Source of the DNA: Heteronotia binoei
Lineage: Eukaryota
DNA: 64,000 nt
Assembly (NCBI RefSeq): GCF_032191835.1
Contig: NC_083242.1
Coordinates: 19,344,001 to 19,408,000, forward strand
Reading direction: 5' to 3'
Shown: positions 37,201 through 49,558 of the stretch, in pieces
How the letters are laid out: the number at the start of each line of letters is the position of its first letter
How positions within the stretch are numbered: the first letter of the stretch is position 1
Position numbers and translations under genes: made by a program
Notes under the pieces: generated by a model
The model's database searches: none
What the model was told of the DNA's origin: nothing
Seen by the model: the letters and a program-made list of their open reading frames with translations, nothing else

Positions 37201-40200
37201 ACTCACACTACACTAAACAGTGCATTTTGCAAGTGGGTTTTTGCTATTCTTACACAGTAAAAAAAAAAATCCAGTTGCAAAATGGATTATTTAGTGTTGT
37301 GTGAATGCTTGGGATTCCATTCTCTGTTATGTCCAACCGAGCGCCCATGTAACGCCCAACAGCTTTGGGGCCCCTGTGAGATGGGAGCTCCAGACATCCT
37401 CCAGAAAATGGCCCCACGCAAAGCAAGATCAAAAGATCTCCCATGTGACAAATGCCAAGGTTATGTGTTCCTTCTCTCCCCTCTAGAATGTGGAACGGAC
37501 TCCTTCCAGAGAAATGCAAGCAGCAATTCAAACGGGGCGAGGAGTGGCAATGCTTCCTGGGACATAAGCTGTATTCATCCCTGAAAAGTAAGGCAGGTCA
37601 CACTCACAGACTGAACTGCAGGGCCTCCTTCCCACAGTGATATCAGTAGCAGCTTTACCCAAGCGGCTATTGTTCTTCCTGTGAGCCTGGTTGGTATAGG
37701 GTTGCCTGCAACCAGGTACCAGCTGATTTTCCAACACCCAGTCCAAATCCTCACTCTTCCCCCCTGGCATTTTAACACTGTTGGATTGTTTAACACCTTT
37801 TAAATTCCTTATCTGATCTTTCCCTACTGCTGGGTTTATTCTGTGCTGTCAACTTATACTTGATGCTCCTTCTCTTCTGTTTAGGGTTGCCAATCCCCAG
37901 GTGGGGGCAGGGTATCCCCCAGTTTGGAGGCCCCCCCCCACTTCAGAGTCATCGGAAAGTGGGGGGAGGGGAGGGAAATGTCTGCTGGGCATTATTCCCT
38001 ATGGAGATTTATTCCCATAGGAAATAATGGAGAATTGATCCGCGGATATCTAGGGCTCTGTTTTTTGAGGTAGAGGCACCAAATCTTTGGCATAGTATCT
38101 AGTGCCTCGCCCCAAAATACCCCCCCAAGTTTCAAAAAGATTCAACCAGGGGGTCCAATTCTGTGAGCCCCAAAAGAAGATGCCCCTATCCTTCATTATT
38201 TCCTATGGGTGGAAGGCATTTAAAAAGGTGTGCAGTCCTTTTCAATATGGTGGCCAGAACTCCCTTTGGAGTTCAATTATGCTTGTCACACCCTTGCTCC
38301 AGGATCCACCCCCAAATCTTGAGCTGAACTTGGCAACCCTACTTCTGTTAGACCAACCAGTCCTGATTTGGCACGCATGGGGGACATGGCACCTGCTATC
38401 GTGTTTCCCTCCTGATACCCGTGCTTTCTGGGGCTAAAATCTAAAGCAGGATCGTCGAAGTAATTTGTTGTGAGGGCCGGATCTGACATAAATCGGGGAG
38501 GGACGGTGGCTCAGTGGTAGAGCATCTGCTTGGTAAGCAGAAGGTCCCAGGTTCAATCCCTGGCATCTCCAAAAAAGGGTCCAGGCAAATAGGTGTGAAA
38601 AGCCTCAGCTTGAGACCCTGGAGAGCCGCTGCCAGTCTGAGAAGACAATACTGACTTTGATGGACCAAAGGTCTGATTCAGTATAAGGCAGCTTCATAAG
38701 TTCATAAATGAGAACTGGGCTGGGCCATGGGTGTCATAAAACGTAATGCCAGGTAGAGGAGATAAAAGAAAAAGTCTGCAGATTTATACCCCGCCCTTCT
38801 CTCTGAATCAGAGATTCAGAGCAGCTTACAATCTTCTATATCTTCTCCCCTCACAACAGACACCCTGTGAGGTGGGTGGGGCTGAGAGGGCTCTCATAGC
38901 AGCTGCCCTTTCAAGGACAGCTGTACGAGAGCTATGGCTGACCCAAGGCCATTCCAGCAGCTGCAAGTGGAGGAGTGGGGAATCAAACCTGGCTCTCCCA
39001 GATAAGAGCCTGCACACTTAACCACTTTACCAAACTGGCTTTATAAACTTTATGAAGGACACAGACAAACACAATTCAAGATTTTTAAAAAACTTAAAAC
39101 ATGCTTAAAAGGTTAGCATTCTTACAATATTTTGTTTGTTCAATCTCTGGTAACTATCTCTTGCTCTGAATGATTGCATCAAAATCTGGAGACAACATTC
39201 ATGTTGTTCAGACGTTGTTCAGGTATATTTGTGTAAGTTATAAACCTACTTTTGATTTATTGGCATTCATTGCAGAAATCTCATGGTCAATGCTTTGAGC
39301 CTAAGACCCAGGGGAAAACATGAAATGGCTGGGCATTGTGAGCTTTTGTACACAAGTTGCTTCATGTACTGGTCAGCCAATGGAGAAAATAGAGGCTTTG
39401 CTCTGTAGCTCCTGTGCAACTGAGCAAGCCTAGCAAAGCAAGCTGTGATGCAGAAGGAGGCAAGAGAGAGAGAAGGAAGCAGATGACTGTGAGTTGCTTG
39501 GGGGCCACTCTGACCCTCAGGCAGCATGTTTGACAGCTCTGACCTAAAGAGTCCTGAATGGGGCAGTGTCCTGGGATTTCTTGGACACGCTGAGTCACCT
39601 TAAAGCTTGAATCTGGAAAGAATCACACCCCAAACCAGAGACTCTTTAACAGAAAAACAATATATTTTTATGCTCACTGGTCCAAGAGAAGCAGGCTCAA
39701 GGACCCTGATTTGCATTTACACAATAAATTAATAGAAATAAGAAAGGATCTTTGTTACAACTTTCAACCTAGACCTTTTGGCAGGAAAACATATGATTGG
39801 TTAATAACCTGGTGGTCTCTGCTGTTGCTTAGGCATGTGGCATTTCGTTCCCCGCAGTTAATGAACTAGTTCAGACCTGTTTAACTGCACGTGTTGCTGT
39901 CTATCACAGACAGGTGAATCTCAGGCCAGATCTCATTCATGTTTTGATTTTAGAAACTTTAATTTTAACAGCAGGGGGAGAAAGGATGATTCAGTTCAGA
40001 CCCTACCTACCAGCTGACTGATGAGCAGGGGTGGAATTCTAGCAAGAGCTCCTTTGCATATTAGGCCACACACCCCTGATGTAGCCAATCCTCCAAGAGC
40101 TTACAAAAAATAGCCTTGTAATCACTTGGAGGATTGGCTACATCAGGGAGGTGTGGCCTCAGGGCTTTTTTTTTTTGTAATAGCAGGAAAGCACAGGAAC

Positions 40201-43200
40201 GCAGTTCCGACTGGCTTGGGGCCAGGGGGTGTGGCCTAATATGCAAATGAGTTATTGTTAAGCCTTTTCTACAAAAAGCCATGTGCAAAACAATGGTTAT
40301 GTCAGGGAGTGTGGCCTAATATGCAAATGAGTTCTTGCTGGGCTTTTTCTACAAAAAAAGCTCTGTGTGGCCTAATATACAAATGAGCTCCTGCTAGAAT
40401 TCCATCTCTGCTAATGAGCAAACTGCAGAGATCATTCCAGGCAGGTCCATTACAGCTTGGCCCTAGACAAGGTCTTCCTTATACCTCTGGCAATCTGTCT
40501 TAAGACCCCTTTTAACCATTTTTGTTGCCGCACACTCCCTGTGACTTTACAGGGAGCAAATCCCTCCCCCTTTTCTAGAACACGGAGTCCAACAGCATCT
40601 GATTTCCAAAGCAGTGTGTCAGTCACCCATGGCAGCCATTTTGTGTTTGGCTCCACCTCTTTCTTGAAGTAAATGCAGTGTGTCATGGCAACCATTTTGT
40701 TGTGGTACCCACTCCACTTTCTTAAAGTTCCAGAAAGGTTTGCTGGCTCCAAAACAGTTTGCAACCCACAGAAATCTTCACTGAGTGGGAGAAGTTGCAG
40801 CTTGTACCCCTCCCACCTGGTTTCTGCTACTAGGGTCACCAATCCCCAGGTGGGGGCAGGGAATCCCCTGGTTTGGAGGCCCTCCCCCCACTTCAGGGTC
40901 ATCATAAAACAGGGGAGGGGGGACAGAGACATCTGGTGGGCACTCCATTATGCCCTATGAAGACCGATTTCCATAGGGTATAATGGAGAATTGATCCATA
41001 GTATCTGGGGCTAGGGGTGGGGCTGTTTTTTGAGGTAGAGGCACCACATTTTCAGCATAGGATCTGGTACCTCTCCTCAAAACATCCTCCAAGTTTCAAA
41101 AAGATTGGACCAGGGGATCCAACTCTATGAACCCCAAAAGAAGGTGCCGCTATCCTTCATTATTTCCAATGGAGGGAAGGCATTTAAAAGGTGTGTAGTC
41201 CCTTTAAATGTGATGGCCAGAACTCCCTTTGGAGTTCAATGATGCTTGTCAGAGTCTTGCTTTTGACTCCACTCCCAGTGTCTCCTGGCTCCACCCCCAA
41301 AGTCCCCAGATATTTCTTGAATTGGACTTGGCAACCCTACCAGGGGGCAGCTTGTACTGCGGTAGGGGAATTAAAGGTCCAACGAAATCTCTGGGCCACA
41401 GTCTGGCAACCTTGTTCTTCTGTTCTCAGCCTCTGATGTATAATCATTCTTTTTTTTCCTTTAAGCTGAGGCCTTCTTCCTTCTCTTTGCAGCTCCGGTG
41501 TTTGTCGTTCAGTGGCTGTTTGATGAGGAACAACTGAAATTAGAAAATGTCCGCCTCGGGAGCACAAGCATTTTGGAAAACCAACGCGGTGACATCCAGA
41601 ACCTTGGGAGGGAGCTGAAGAGCTCTTTGCGTGACATCCCGTAAGTCAGGGGTGGGGAACCTTTTTTCTGCCAAGGGCCATATGGATATTTATAACATCA
41701 TTTGCGAGCCATAAAAAATTATCAGCTTAAAAAACAGTGCTCCGCTGAGGGAGAATGATTCAGGCCAGCAAAATTAATGCAAATAATTGTTTTTCTATTT
41801 GAAGTCATATGGGGAGAGCCTAATCTGGCACGCACACACACGGCCTGCCGCCATAGGAAAATGCATAGGTCCAGGGCTTTTTTGTAGAAAAAGCCCAGCA
41901 GGAATGCAATAGCATATTAGACCACATCCCCTAATATTAGCATAGTAGGCCACACCATCTGGGATAATCAAGTGCAAACTGAACTGTGACAGTAACTTTT
42001 CCAGGCCCTGCAGCAATTCTGGCCAGCCAGGCCCCAGGGAGGCTGCTGCACAGTACATCTGGGCCCTGTGATCTCTGCATGGCCCTGGGGAGGCTGCTGC
42101 ACAGCGCGGCTGGGCCCCACGATCCTCGCTGGTCAGCCAGGCCCCAGAGAGGCTGCCACAAGGCTCGGTTCAGCCCAGCAATCCCTGAGGTCCACACCAA
42201 GTGACCTAGAGGGCCGCATACAGCCCTCGGGATGGAGGTTCCCCACCCCTGCCGTAAGTAGTACAGATGCTGAAGTTAAACATTTGAGTAGGCAATCATG
42301 TTTGCAGAGAGAAGCTTCCAGCATTGGCTGTTGAAGAATGAGGATTAGAAAAAACTTCCAAGGACATCAGAGTAGCCCTGCTGGATAAGACAAGAGGAGA
42401 CAGTCAATAATAGAAAATCTGAAAAACATATGTTTAAACATTTCAAAAATTTTCTCAGTGACAAAATCAAACATATTTGCTTATTGTTACAATTACAGTG
42501 AACGCATGATCACTTACTCATAACTAATCTACCAATCATTCTTATTTTCTAAAATTTAAAGTTCTCTTTACTCATCAAATCCACAGCTGATTCATTTAAA
42601 ATCTGTTCAAAATCGCTGCATCAGAGAACACATAGGGTGGGGAAAATCAGACAGCAGCAATGTTGTGCTTTTCTCTTTCCTGTAGTGCTGTGTTTGCGCC
42701 TTCTTGTCTGGCTCATACGCTGGTAATTAAAAGGTAAGTATAAATGCATACGCCAAGCTGCCTTTTACCGGTCAGACCTTCATTTGGTGTTGTCTGCTCT
42801 AACTGGCAAAGGCTTTTAAGGGTCTTTCTTTCACATGCCCCTGGATCCTCTGATCAACAGATGTCAGGGATCGAACCTGGGACCTTCTGGGCACAAGGCA
42901 CAGCCAACCCCCTCATTTATCAGCCAACATTCTGCTGCCGGGTGTCAGTTCCTAGAAGGTTAGATACCCATGCATCTGTTAAAGGTAAAGTTAGTCCCCT
43001 GTGCAAGCACCAAGTTGTTACTGAGCCATAGGGTAACGTCACATCATGACATTTTGTTGGCAGATTTTTTGTTACAGGGTGGCCATTGCCTTCCCCAATC
43101 ATCTACACTTACCCCCCAGCAAGCTGGGTACTCATGTTACCAAACTCGGAAGGATGGAAGGCTGAGTCAACCTTGAGTCAGCAACCTGAACCCAGCTTCT

Positions 43201-45166
43201 GCTGGGATTGAACTCAGGCCGTGAGCAGAGCTTGGACTGCAATATTGCAGCTTACCACTCTGCGCCACAGGGCTCTTCACCCAATCTTATCATCAAAAAA
43301 GGCTATGCTGAAGATCACGGGACTTGAATTTACAAAAGTCACATGGACAGGGGCTGTAGTAAAGAAAAGAATTCAGTGACACTGAGCAAAAAAAGCTGGT
43401 TCGATCCAACCTTGTTTTTTGCAAAACGCAACATGCACAGCTACCTGAACCCAGCTTCCACCGGGATCGAACTCAGGTCGTGAGCAGAGCTTGGACTGCA
43501 GTACTGCAGCTTACCCCTCTGTGCCACGGGGCTCTTTTAATCTTTTAACTAAATGTTCTTTCCTTGGGATTTCTTCATGGGATGTTGCTTTATTTATTTT
43601 AGTAAATTTATATTCCGCCCTTTCCCAGACGGGCTCAGGGCGGGTTACATCCAGATAGAACCAGTCAAATACAATAAAACCAATAAAATACAATTAAAAC
43701 AGCAACACGACACAGTACTGTATAACAAAGGCGGGCGGGCTCATAGTGTGGTTGGAGTATAATCAGTGGTCCAGATATAGTAGTTCAGATGACTGTGGAC
43801 GGGGTTTACACAAGACCTGACAAGATAACTGCCATTTTTTTTCTTCTTAATGGCCAAGGTGGGAAGACTGTGTTATGGCTTCACTCCTATCACACAGTTT
43901 TCTGGCACAAGGTGTAAAATGGTCTTTTGGACAGTGGGAAATGTTTTGCATCAGAAGAGGCACTTCCAGGTCCATTCCCACAACCTGGCGGTGTGACTGC
44001 TTTTGTTCCCACCCTGCTTAATATGTATTCAGCCGTTGCCTCTTTCCCCCTTGCAAACAGGGCAAAACTGAACATTTTAGTTAACTGTGGGTAGAATCCA
44101 GGGGTCCCACCCAGACGTGGGTCCTGTCAGCACCGTTCTTGGCTCAGGCTGTGAGTAGAAAGAGGGTGGGGCTTTTTGCCCAGCAGGGCTTCTGAACTGG
44201 GAGAAGGCGGGGTTTGAGGAGGGGAGGGGCCTCGGCATGGTACAATGCCCTAGAATCCACCCGCTAGGGTTGCCAAGACCAATTCAATAAATATCTGGGG
44301 ACTTTGGGGGTGGAGCCAGGAGACATTGGGGATGGGGCCAGGAGCAAGGTAGTGGCAAGGGAGTCCTAGCCATCACATTTAAAGGGACCGCACACCTTTT
44401 AAAAGCCTTCCTTCATGGGATATAATGAAGGAGAGGGTCACCTTCTTTGGGGGCTCGTAGAATTGGACCCCCTGGTCCAATATTTTTGAAACTTGGAGGG
44501 TATTTTGAGAAGAGGCACTGCATGCTAGGCTGCAATAAACAGCCCCCTCCCGAGCCCCAGTTACCTGAAGATCAATTCTCCATTATACCCTATGGGAATT
44601 GGTCTCTATAGGGACTAATGGAGTACCCAGCAGACATTTCCCCCACCCCCCGCTTTCTGATAACCCTGAAGCTAGGGGAGGGCATCCAAACTGGGGGATC
44701 CCCTGCCCCCACCTGGGGATTGGCAACCTTACCACCCTCCAAAGCAGCCCTTTTTCTCCAGGGGAGCTGATCTCAGTTGTAAAAGCGGGAGATCTCCAGG
44801 TCCCACCTGGAGGCTGGCAACCCTAGTCCAGAAGGGCCTGCAGGCCTGGCCGTGAGGGGAGGAAGAAGGTCAATGCCATGGGAATTCAACATGATTGGTC
44901 CTCATACCTGCCAGTCAATCCTCTCCTGTCTTGTCTTCTTTCCCCACCCTCTCAGCTACTGGACAGAAATCCAAGTGAAAGGAGTCCCTCTGCCGCGCGC
45001 CTTGCAGTGCTGGGTGAAGAGCCTCCAGAAAGCAGCCCAGCCTCCCAAAGCACCTCTTCGCAGCAGCAGCAGCTGCCCCTTTCGCTTGATTGACAGCTGC
45101 TTGTGGCCACACTGCAATCCTACCTGCCCGGCCCTGCAGGACCCTGCTGGAGACCAAGAAGCTTAA
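21629..45166 (+). CDS. NOTUM2: Notum-family secreted carboxylesterase, notum2-type paralog, spliced CDS, 460 aa
   Basis: join(21629..21936,27346..27398,30610..30705,30791..30851,31352..31410,31486..31588,36362..36556,37487..37587,41493..41640,42686..42733,44956..45166)=1383 nt, open, GT-AG. Signal peptide; motifs [73 protein letters not shown]. Exon sizes 53/96/61/59/103/101/148/48 match NOTUM as recalled. GGWCC, FDEEQ and AHT plus the location next to COQ7 point to notum2 rather than NOTUM. Confidence 0.9.
22382..22848 (-). repeat. 3' LTR of the Gypsy element (467 bp)
   Basis: Bounded by perfect 11-bp inverted repeats TGTCAGGCAAT...ATTGCCTGACA; directly follows the PPT. Confidence 0.9.
22382..26730 (-). 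mobile_element. Decayed Gypsy/chromovirus LTR retrotransposon, 5'-truncated, in notum2 intron 1
   Basis: Order on the minus strand: gag zinc knuckle ([13 protein letters not shown] ~26490), protease ALIDSG, RT YLDD, RNaseH CDASD, integrase HHCC + SMDFI/DRGPQF, GPF motif, chromodomain (YYLIRWK...DEW), PPT AGGGGGGG, then one LTR. Many stops and frameshifts. Confidence 0.95.
27346..27398 (+). CDS. NOTUM2: notum2 coding exon 2
   Basis: tgcag|A ... G|gtaagt; [17 protein letters not shown]. Confidence 0.95.
28195..28256. repeat. (TG)n(TA)n microsatellite inside a CR1 3' UTR
   Basis: Seen directly. Confidence 0.95.
30610..30705 (+). CDS. NOTUM2: notum2 coding exon 3
   Basis: ccag|GT ... G|gtactg; [32 protein letters not shown]. 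Confidence 0.95.
30791..30851 (+). CDS. NOTUM2: notum2 coding exon 4
   Basis: ctag|GG ... GT|gtaaga; [21 protein letters not shown]. Confidence 0.95.
31352..31410 (+). CDS. NOTUM2: notum2 coding exon 5
   Basis: ccag|C ... G|gtatac; [19 protein letters not shown]. Confidence 0.95.
31486..31588 (+). CDS. NOTUM2: notum2 coding exon 6
   Basis: ctag|TG ... AG|gtaagc; [34 protein letters not shown]. Confidence 0.95.
32174..32407. other. Assembly gap (234 N)
   Basis: N run inside a hAT copy at the position of its TTCC tract. Confidence 0.99.
32706..33063 (+). mobile_element. Same hAT family (contains N gap)
   Basis: Perfect TSD CTCTAACC. Confidence 0.85.
32754..32893. other. Assembly gap (140 N)
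   Basis: N run inside a hAT copy covering the position of its GGAA tract. Confidence 0.99.
36362..36556 (+). CDS. NOTUM2: notum2 coding exon 7 (nucleophile Ser codon split across the exon 6/7 junction)
   Basis: tcag|T ... CG|gtacac; [16 protein letters not shown]...DSGWFL...KKGLR. Confidence 0.95.
37487..37587 (+). CDS. NOTUM2: notum2 coding exon 8
   Basis: ctag|A ... A|gtaagg; [33 protein letters not shown]. Confidence 0.95.
37882..38341. mobile_element. ~460-bp hAT-like element (TAGGGTTGCCA TIR), representative copy
   Basis: Perfect TSD CTTCTGTT. Related copies ~2575-3560 (host of the composite element), 35535-35923, 40831-41339, 44265-44825, 48850-49136, 53872-54090. Confidence 0.85.
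41493..41640 (+). CDS. NOTUM2: notum2 coding exon 9 (catalytic Asp)
   Basis: gcag|CT ... CC|gtaagt; [19 protein letters not shown]...[11 protein letters not shown]. Confidence 0.95.
42686..42733 (+). CDS. NOTUM2: notum2 coding exon 10 (catalytic His)
   Basis: gtag|T ... AG|gtaagt; [15 protein letters not shown]. Confidence 0.95.
42970..43277 (-). mobile_element. Sauria-type SINE (a 5' fragment also at 43441-43536)
   Basis: Reverse complement of the same consensus. Confidence 0.85.
44956..45166 (+). CDS. NOTUM2: notum2 coding exon 11 (stop TAA)
   Basis: tcag|C; [19 protein letters not shown]...[30 protein letters not shown]. Confidence 0.92.
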
Positions 45167-45302
45167 AACTGTTGTTTGCAATTTGGGGGAGGAGGGCAGC
45201 ATCTGAGGAGGAGTTCCAACTCTCTTTCCCAGCACTGCATCTCCAATCCTTACTATTCCCTTCCCCCCAGCTATTTCTGTAAGGTCAAAGAATACATTTG
45301 GG

Positions 45303-45483
45303 CAGGGCTTTTTTTGTAGCAGAAACTCCTTTGCATATTAGACCACACCCCCTGATGTAGCCAATGCTCCAAGAGCTTACAAGGTTCTTCTTACAGGGCC
45401 TGGTGTAAGCTCCAGGAGGATTGGCTACATCAGGAAGGTGTGGCCTAATATGCAAAGGAGTTCCTGCTACAAAAAAAGCCCTG
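45303..45483. mobile_element. ~180-bp palindromic MITE (CAGGGCTTTTTT TIR), representative copy
   Basis: Hairpin, TSD CATTTGGG. Other copies: ~8125-8293, 8717-8897 (TSD CTGAGGGC / CTGAGGAC), 13070-13247, 15353-15533, 16945-17444, 29438-29622, 31678-31857, 40027-40410, 51992-52183, 59210-59367, 62942-63112, 63454-63634. Confidence 0.88.
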
Positions 45484-47072
45484 CATTTGGGGTTCCAAAT
45501 ATGGAACTCTTCTCAGAGGTGGCGAACTCATTTGCTGTGAGTGCGGATCTCGACCTTGTCGGGCTGGGCCATGTGTGTCATAAAATGTAATGCCAGGTCA
45601 GGGAGATATAAACTTTATAAAGGACACAGACAAATATGAACATATGAAGCTGCCTTAAACTGAATCAGACCCTCGGTCCATCAAAGTCAGTATTGTCTAC
45701 TCAGACTGGCAGCAGCTCTCCAGGGTCTCAAGCTGAGGCTTTTCATGCCTATTTGCCTGGACCCTTTTTTGGAGATGCCGGGGATTGAACCTGGGACCTC
45801 CTGCTTCCCAAGCAGATGCTCTGCCACTGAGCCAACAAATACACACAGTCAGCCTAATCCACCTCACTGGCTTGCTGAGCCTCAGCCAACGGAAGGAAGA
45901 GAGGCTTGGCTCAGTAGTTCTGCTGTGCAATTGAGAGAGCCTGGCAAAGCTGGCTCTCCTTCCCCCACTTCCTCCCCAAGGGAGGAGCTTTGCTCTGTTG
46001 CTCCTGTGTGATTGAGCAAGCCTGACAAAGCAAGCTGTGATGCAGAAGGAAGCAAGAGAGAGGGAGAAGAAAGCAGACAACACTGGGTTGCTCTCAGGCC
46101 TGATAGGAGCCCTCCAGGGGCCTGATTTGGCCCCCGGACCATGTTTGACACCTCTGTTTTATATCATATGTGATATGGTCATAAAATGTGGGATCTGCAA
46201 AGATGATGGTTAAAATCTAACAGCAGCCACTTGGTGGCCATTAGCAAATCAACTTTTCCCCAGCCTCAGCTCACTCCTGACTGCGATATGGAAATTGTTA
46301 CTGGCCTACCTTGCTAGGTTGTTGTAAAGATGGCCAGAATAATGCTTGCAAAATGCACCGAACTCTCTCAAGCACTCTATAAATGTAAAGTATTGTCATT
46401 ACAGATGAAGGCGTGCCTTTTAGCCAGAACATAGGGAAATATCAGCCAGGAAATTTTGTCCCCGGAATCAGGAATTTTGACTTTCTGCCAGGACAGCTGC
46501 ACAGCCTTTCCCAGGTGCTTTCCTGACTTGGCTCTCAGGCTACTGTATGTGGCTGGGCATGTGGAAAGCTGTTGTGGCTTTGCAAACCCAGCAAGACAGC
46601 GTATTTTACACAAATTATGCACCGTTATCTCTCCCCTTAACAATGTGCAGATGATGCGTCTGTCTTCTGGTAGCTGCAGGTGAAACAACATTTTGGTTAT
46701 TTTAGTTTTAGTTTTGGTTATTTTACAAAATGGTGGTTTCCCAGAGCCCTGGGAAGTCTCCCAACTAGATACTCTTTTCTTCCCCCTCACGTACAGGTGG
46801 TCTTCATTTGTGATGGACATGGCGGGGGAAGGCAGCCAATTGACTGTTAGGTTGGGTCTCCTCTATTGCTATCCCAGACTTTGAGCTCAGCTCGTACAAC
46901 AACTTCACACGCTGCTGCTGAACATGTGGGTTGGTGGTGGTGGTGGTGAGTGCTGACAAGTTGCAGTAGACTGCAGGGCAGGGGTGTCGTACTCCATTTG
47001 TTATGAAGGCTGCATCTGACATGAGTGTTATAAAATGTAATGCCAGGTAATGGAGATATAAACTTTATAAAG

Positions 47073-47205
47073 CAGGGGTGGCCAACGGTAGCTCTCCAGA
47101 TGTTTTTTGCCTACAACTCCCATCAGCCCCAGCCAGCATGGCCAATGGCTGGGGCTGATGGGAGTTGTAGGCAAAAACATCGGGAGAGCTACCGTTGGCC
47201 ACCCG
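47073..47205. mobile_element. Same 135-bp MITE inside a longer hAT element
   Basis: TSD TTATAAAG / TTATAAAA. Confidence 0.85.
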
Positions 47206-49558
47206 TTATAAAAAACACAAACACAAAGATTTAAATATTTTTTTTTTAAAAAGAGGTGCTTAAAATATTAGCACTCTTGCAATATTTTGTTTAATAGTTT
47301 CTGATAACTGACACCTCTTGCTCTGAATCATTGCATCCAACTCTGGAGATGATGTTTGTGCTGTTGCAATCTTGAGTATGCTGTTCAGGTATTGTTCAGG
47401 TGTTTGTCTGCAAGTTGCAAACGTACTTTTGATTTATTGGCATTCATTACAGAAATCTCATGGTCAATGCTTTGAGCCTAAGACTCCGGGGAAAACATGA
47501 AAAGGCTGGGCATTGTGAGCTTTTGTACTTGTTGCTTTATTTGTTGGTCAGCCAATGGAGAAAATAGAGGCTCTGTTCTGTAGCTCTGCTGTGTGATTGA
47601 GCAAACCTGGGAAAGCAAGCTGGGATGCAGAAGGAAACAAAAGAGAGAGAGAAGGAAGCAGATGGCAGTAAGTTGCTTGTGGGCCTGGTAGCACAGCCGG
47701 ATTAACAATTAGGCCAAGTAGGCACTGGCCTATGGGCCTCCATGCCTTAAGGGCCCCAGACCAGCTTCCCACTCCCCAGTTTCCCCCCTGCTTGCAGCTC
47801 TCCCAGCCTACACATGCAGCCAGCAACTGAGCTGTTGTTTTCCCAACTTGTCTGGTGCAGCTGCTGCTGGCACTATTGCCAAGTTTGCCTCTCTCTGCCT
47901 CTCCTCTACATCTTAGTAAAAGGGACTTTTGAGAAGGTGCCTGCAGGCTGCAGCGGGGGCCATGGGCAGTGGGGTGGGTGCTCAGACTCTGAAATAATTT
48001 GGGAGAGGGCCCCCAAGATTTCAACTGCCTAGAGGCCTCCACAGGGTTTAATCCGGCACTGCCTAGTAGGAGCCCTTGAGGGCCTGATCTGGCCCTCGGG
48101 CCGCATGTTTGACACCACCAGTGTAGGGTTTTCAGGGCCAGAGACGTTCAGAGGAGGTTTGCCATTGGCTGACTCTGCAGAGCAACCCTGGACTTCCTTG
48201 GAGGTCTCCCATCCAAAGACTAACCAGGGCTGACCCTGCTGAGTTTCTGAGATCTGATGAGATCAGGCTAGCCTAGGCCATTTATGTCAGGGCAAACTCA
48301 CGGGTTTGGACTGCAGTAACTCTGCCTAGGATTGCCCTATTGATGTACTTGAAAAGGAATGAGCACCAGGAATGTGTTGTGTATACACCGGACAGTGGCA
48401 AGTTAACTTGAAGTGGCTCACTTGAAAGTCAATGGTTTTTGTAACACTCAATCCAGGCTGCTTCTGTCACCACCAGCCCTGGAATTAAGCAGATGGAAAT
48501 CTGAAAAACAACGTGGGACAATACTCCCTCTAAGCTGTGGAGTCTTGTGAGCAAAAATTCTGCTTTGTGAGTGACTGGCATTCAAGCTGTGAACTACTGC
48601 ATAAATTAGTTTGCACTGGGACCATTTTTCCTGAGCTAAGACAAAAAACGTGTGAGCCAGAGGCTAAAAAACTGTGAGCTAGCTCGCACTAATTCAGCTT
48701 AGAGGAAACACTGGAAGGGACCTGTTTGAAAGTCAATCTTTCATGCACATCTTCTGTCAAAACTGCTCTTGGAGCAATCCCCATTTTCCCATCAGGTCCT
48801 TGAAGGTCTCTAACGTATGTCCTTGGTCTTCAAGCTGTGTGTGTGTGTGTATGGACCCTCTCGTCCAATCTTTTTGAAATCTGGGGGCGGTTTTGAGGAG
48901 AGGCACTGGATGCTATGCTGAAAATTTGGTGCCTCTAATCTCAAAAAATAGCCCCCTCCCCCAGCCCACGGATCAATTCTCCATCATGCCCTATGGGAAT
49001 CAGTCTCCATAGGGAATAATGGAGTGCCCATCATACATTCCCCTCTCCTCCCCCCACTTTCAGATGACCCTGAAGTAGGGGGAGGGCCTCCAAACCGGGA
49101 AATCCCCTGCCCCCACCTGGGGATTGGCAACCCTAAGGGTATGTGCTGTATCAGCTGCTTCCAAGGCCTTCCAGATTTTGTCATCTTTGGGGTAATCAAG
49201 TCAGGGTATTGGCGCATAATTGCAAACATTCTTGGAGGAAGGGGAGTGGCAAAGATAATAAGCAAAGCAGGGGGGTATCTTTTTTTTTCCTTGGCTAAGG
49301 GATTAGCCTGCACAGTGCTATTTGTCCAGGGCAAACAGTTAACATCTTGCACCAAAAAAAGCATAATTGCTAGCCAGCAGACTTAAGGCGATCTTATGGA
49401 ACGATGTTAAGGCGTGCCACTGCTTAATCAGTATTTATGCATGGAGGATAATTACTGGCTGCCTTGAATGAAGAGGGAAACCAGCATGTAGTTGGATGCT
49501 ATTTGTTAACTCCCCTCTTCTATTCTATGGGTCATCTTGTTAACGAGATAGCTTAGGC

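Noticed and set aside
39540-40020. Possible solo LTR-like fragment
   Set aside because: No TG...CA ends, TSD or second copy could be identified.
40450-40932. 160-aa minus-strand ORF in notum2 intron 8
   Set aside because: Starts inside a hAT copy and runs through a degenerate CATGGCAGCCATTTTGT repeat; no credible splice context.
21629-45166. Assignment as canonical NOTUM
   Set aside because: Diagnostic substitutions (GGWCC, FDEEQ, AHT) and the COQ7/ITPRIPL2 neighbourhood fit the notum2 paralog better.
513-45833. tRNA-like sequences with A/B boxes
   Set aside because: They are SINE heads continuing into SINE bodies; no complete cloverleaf with a Pol III terminator.
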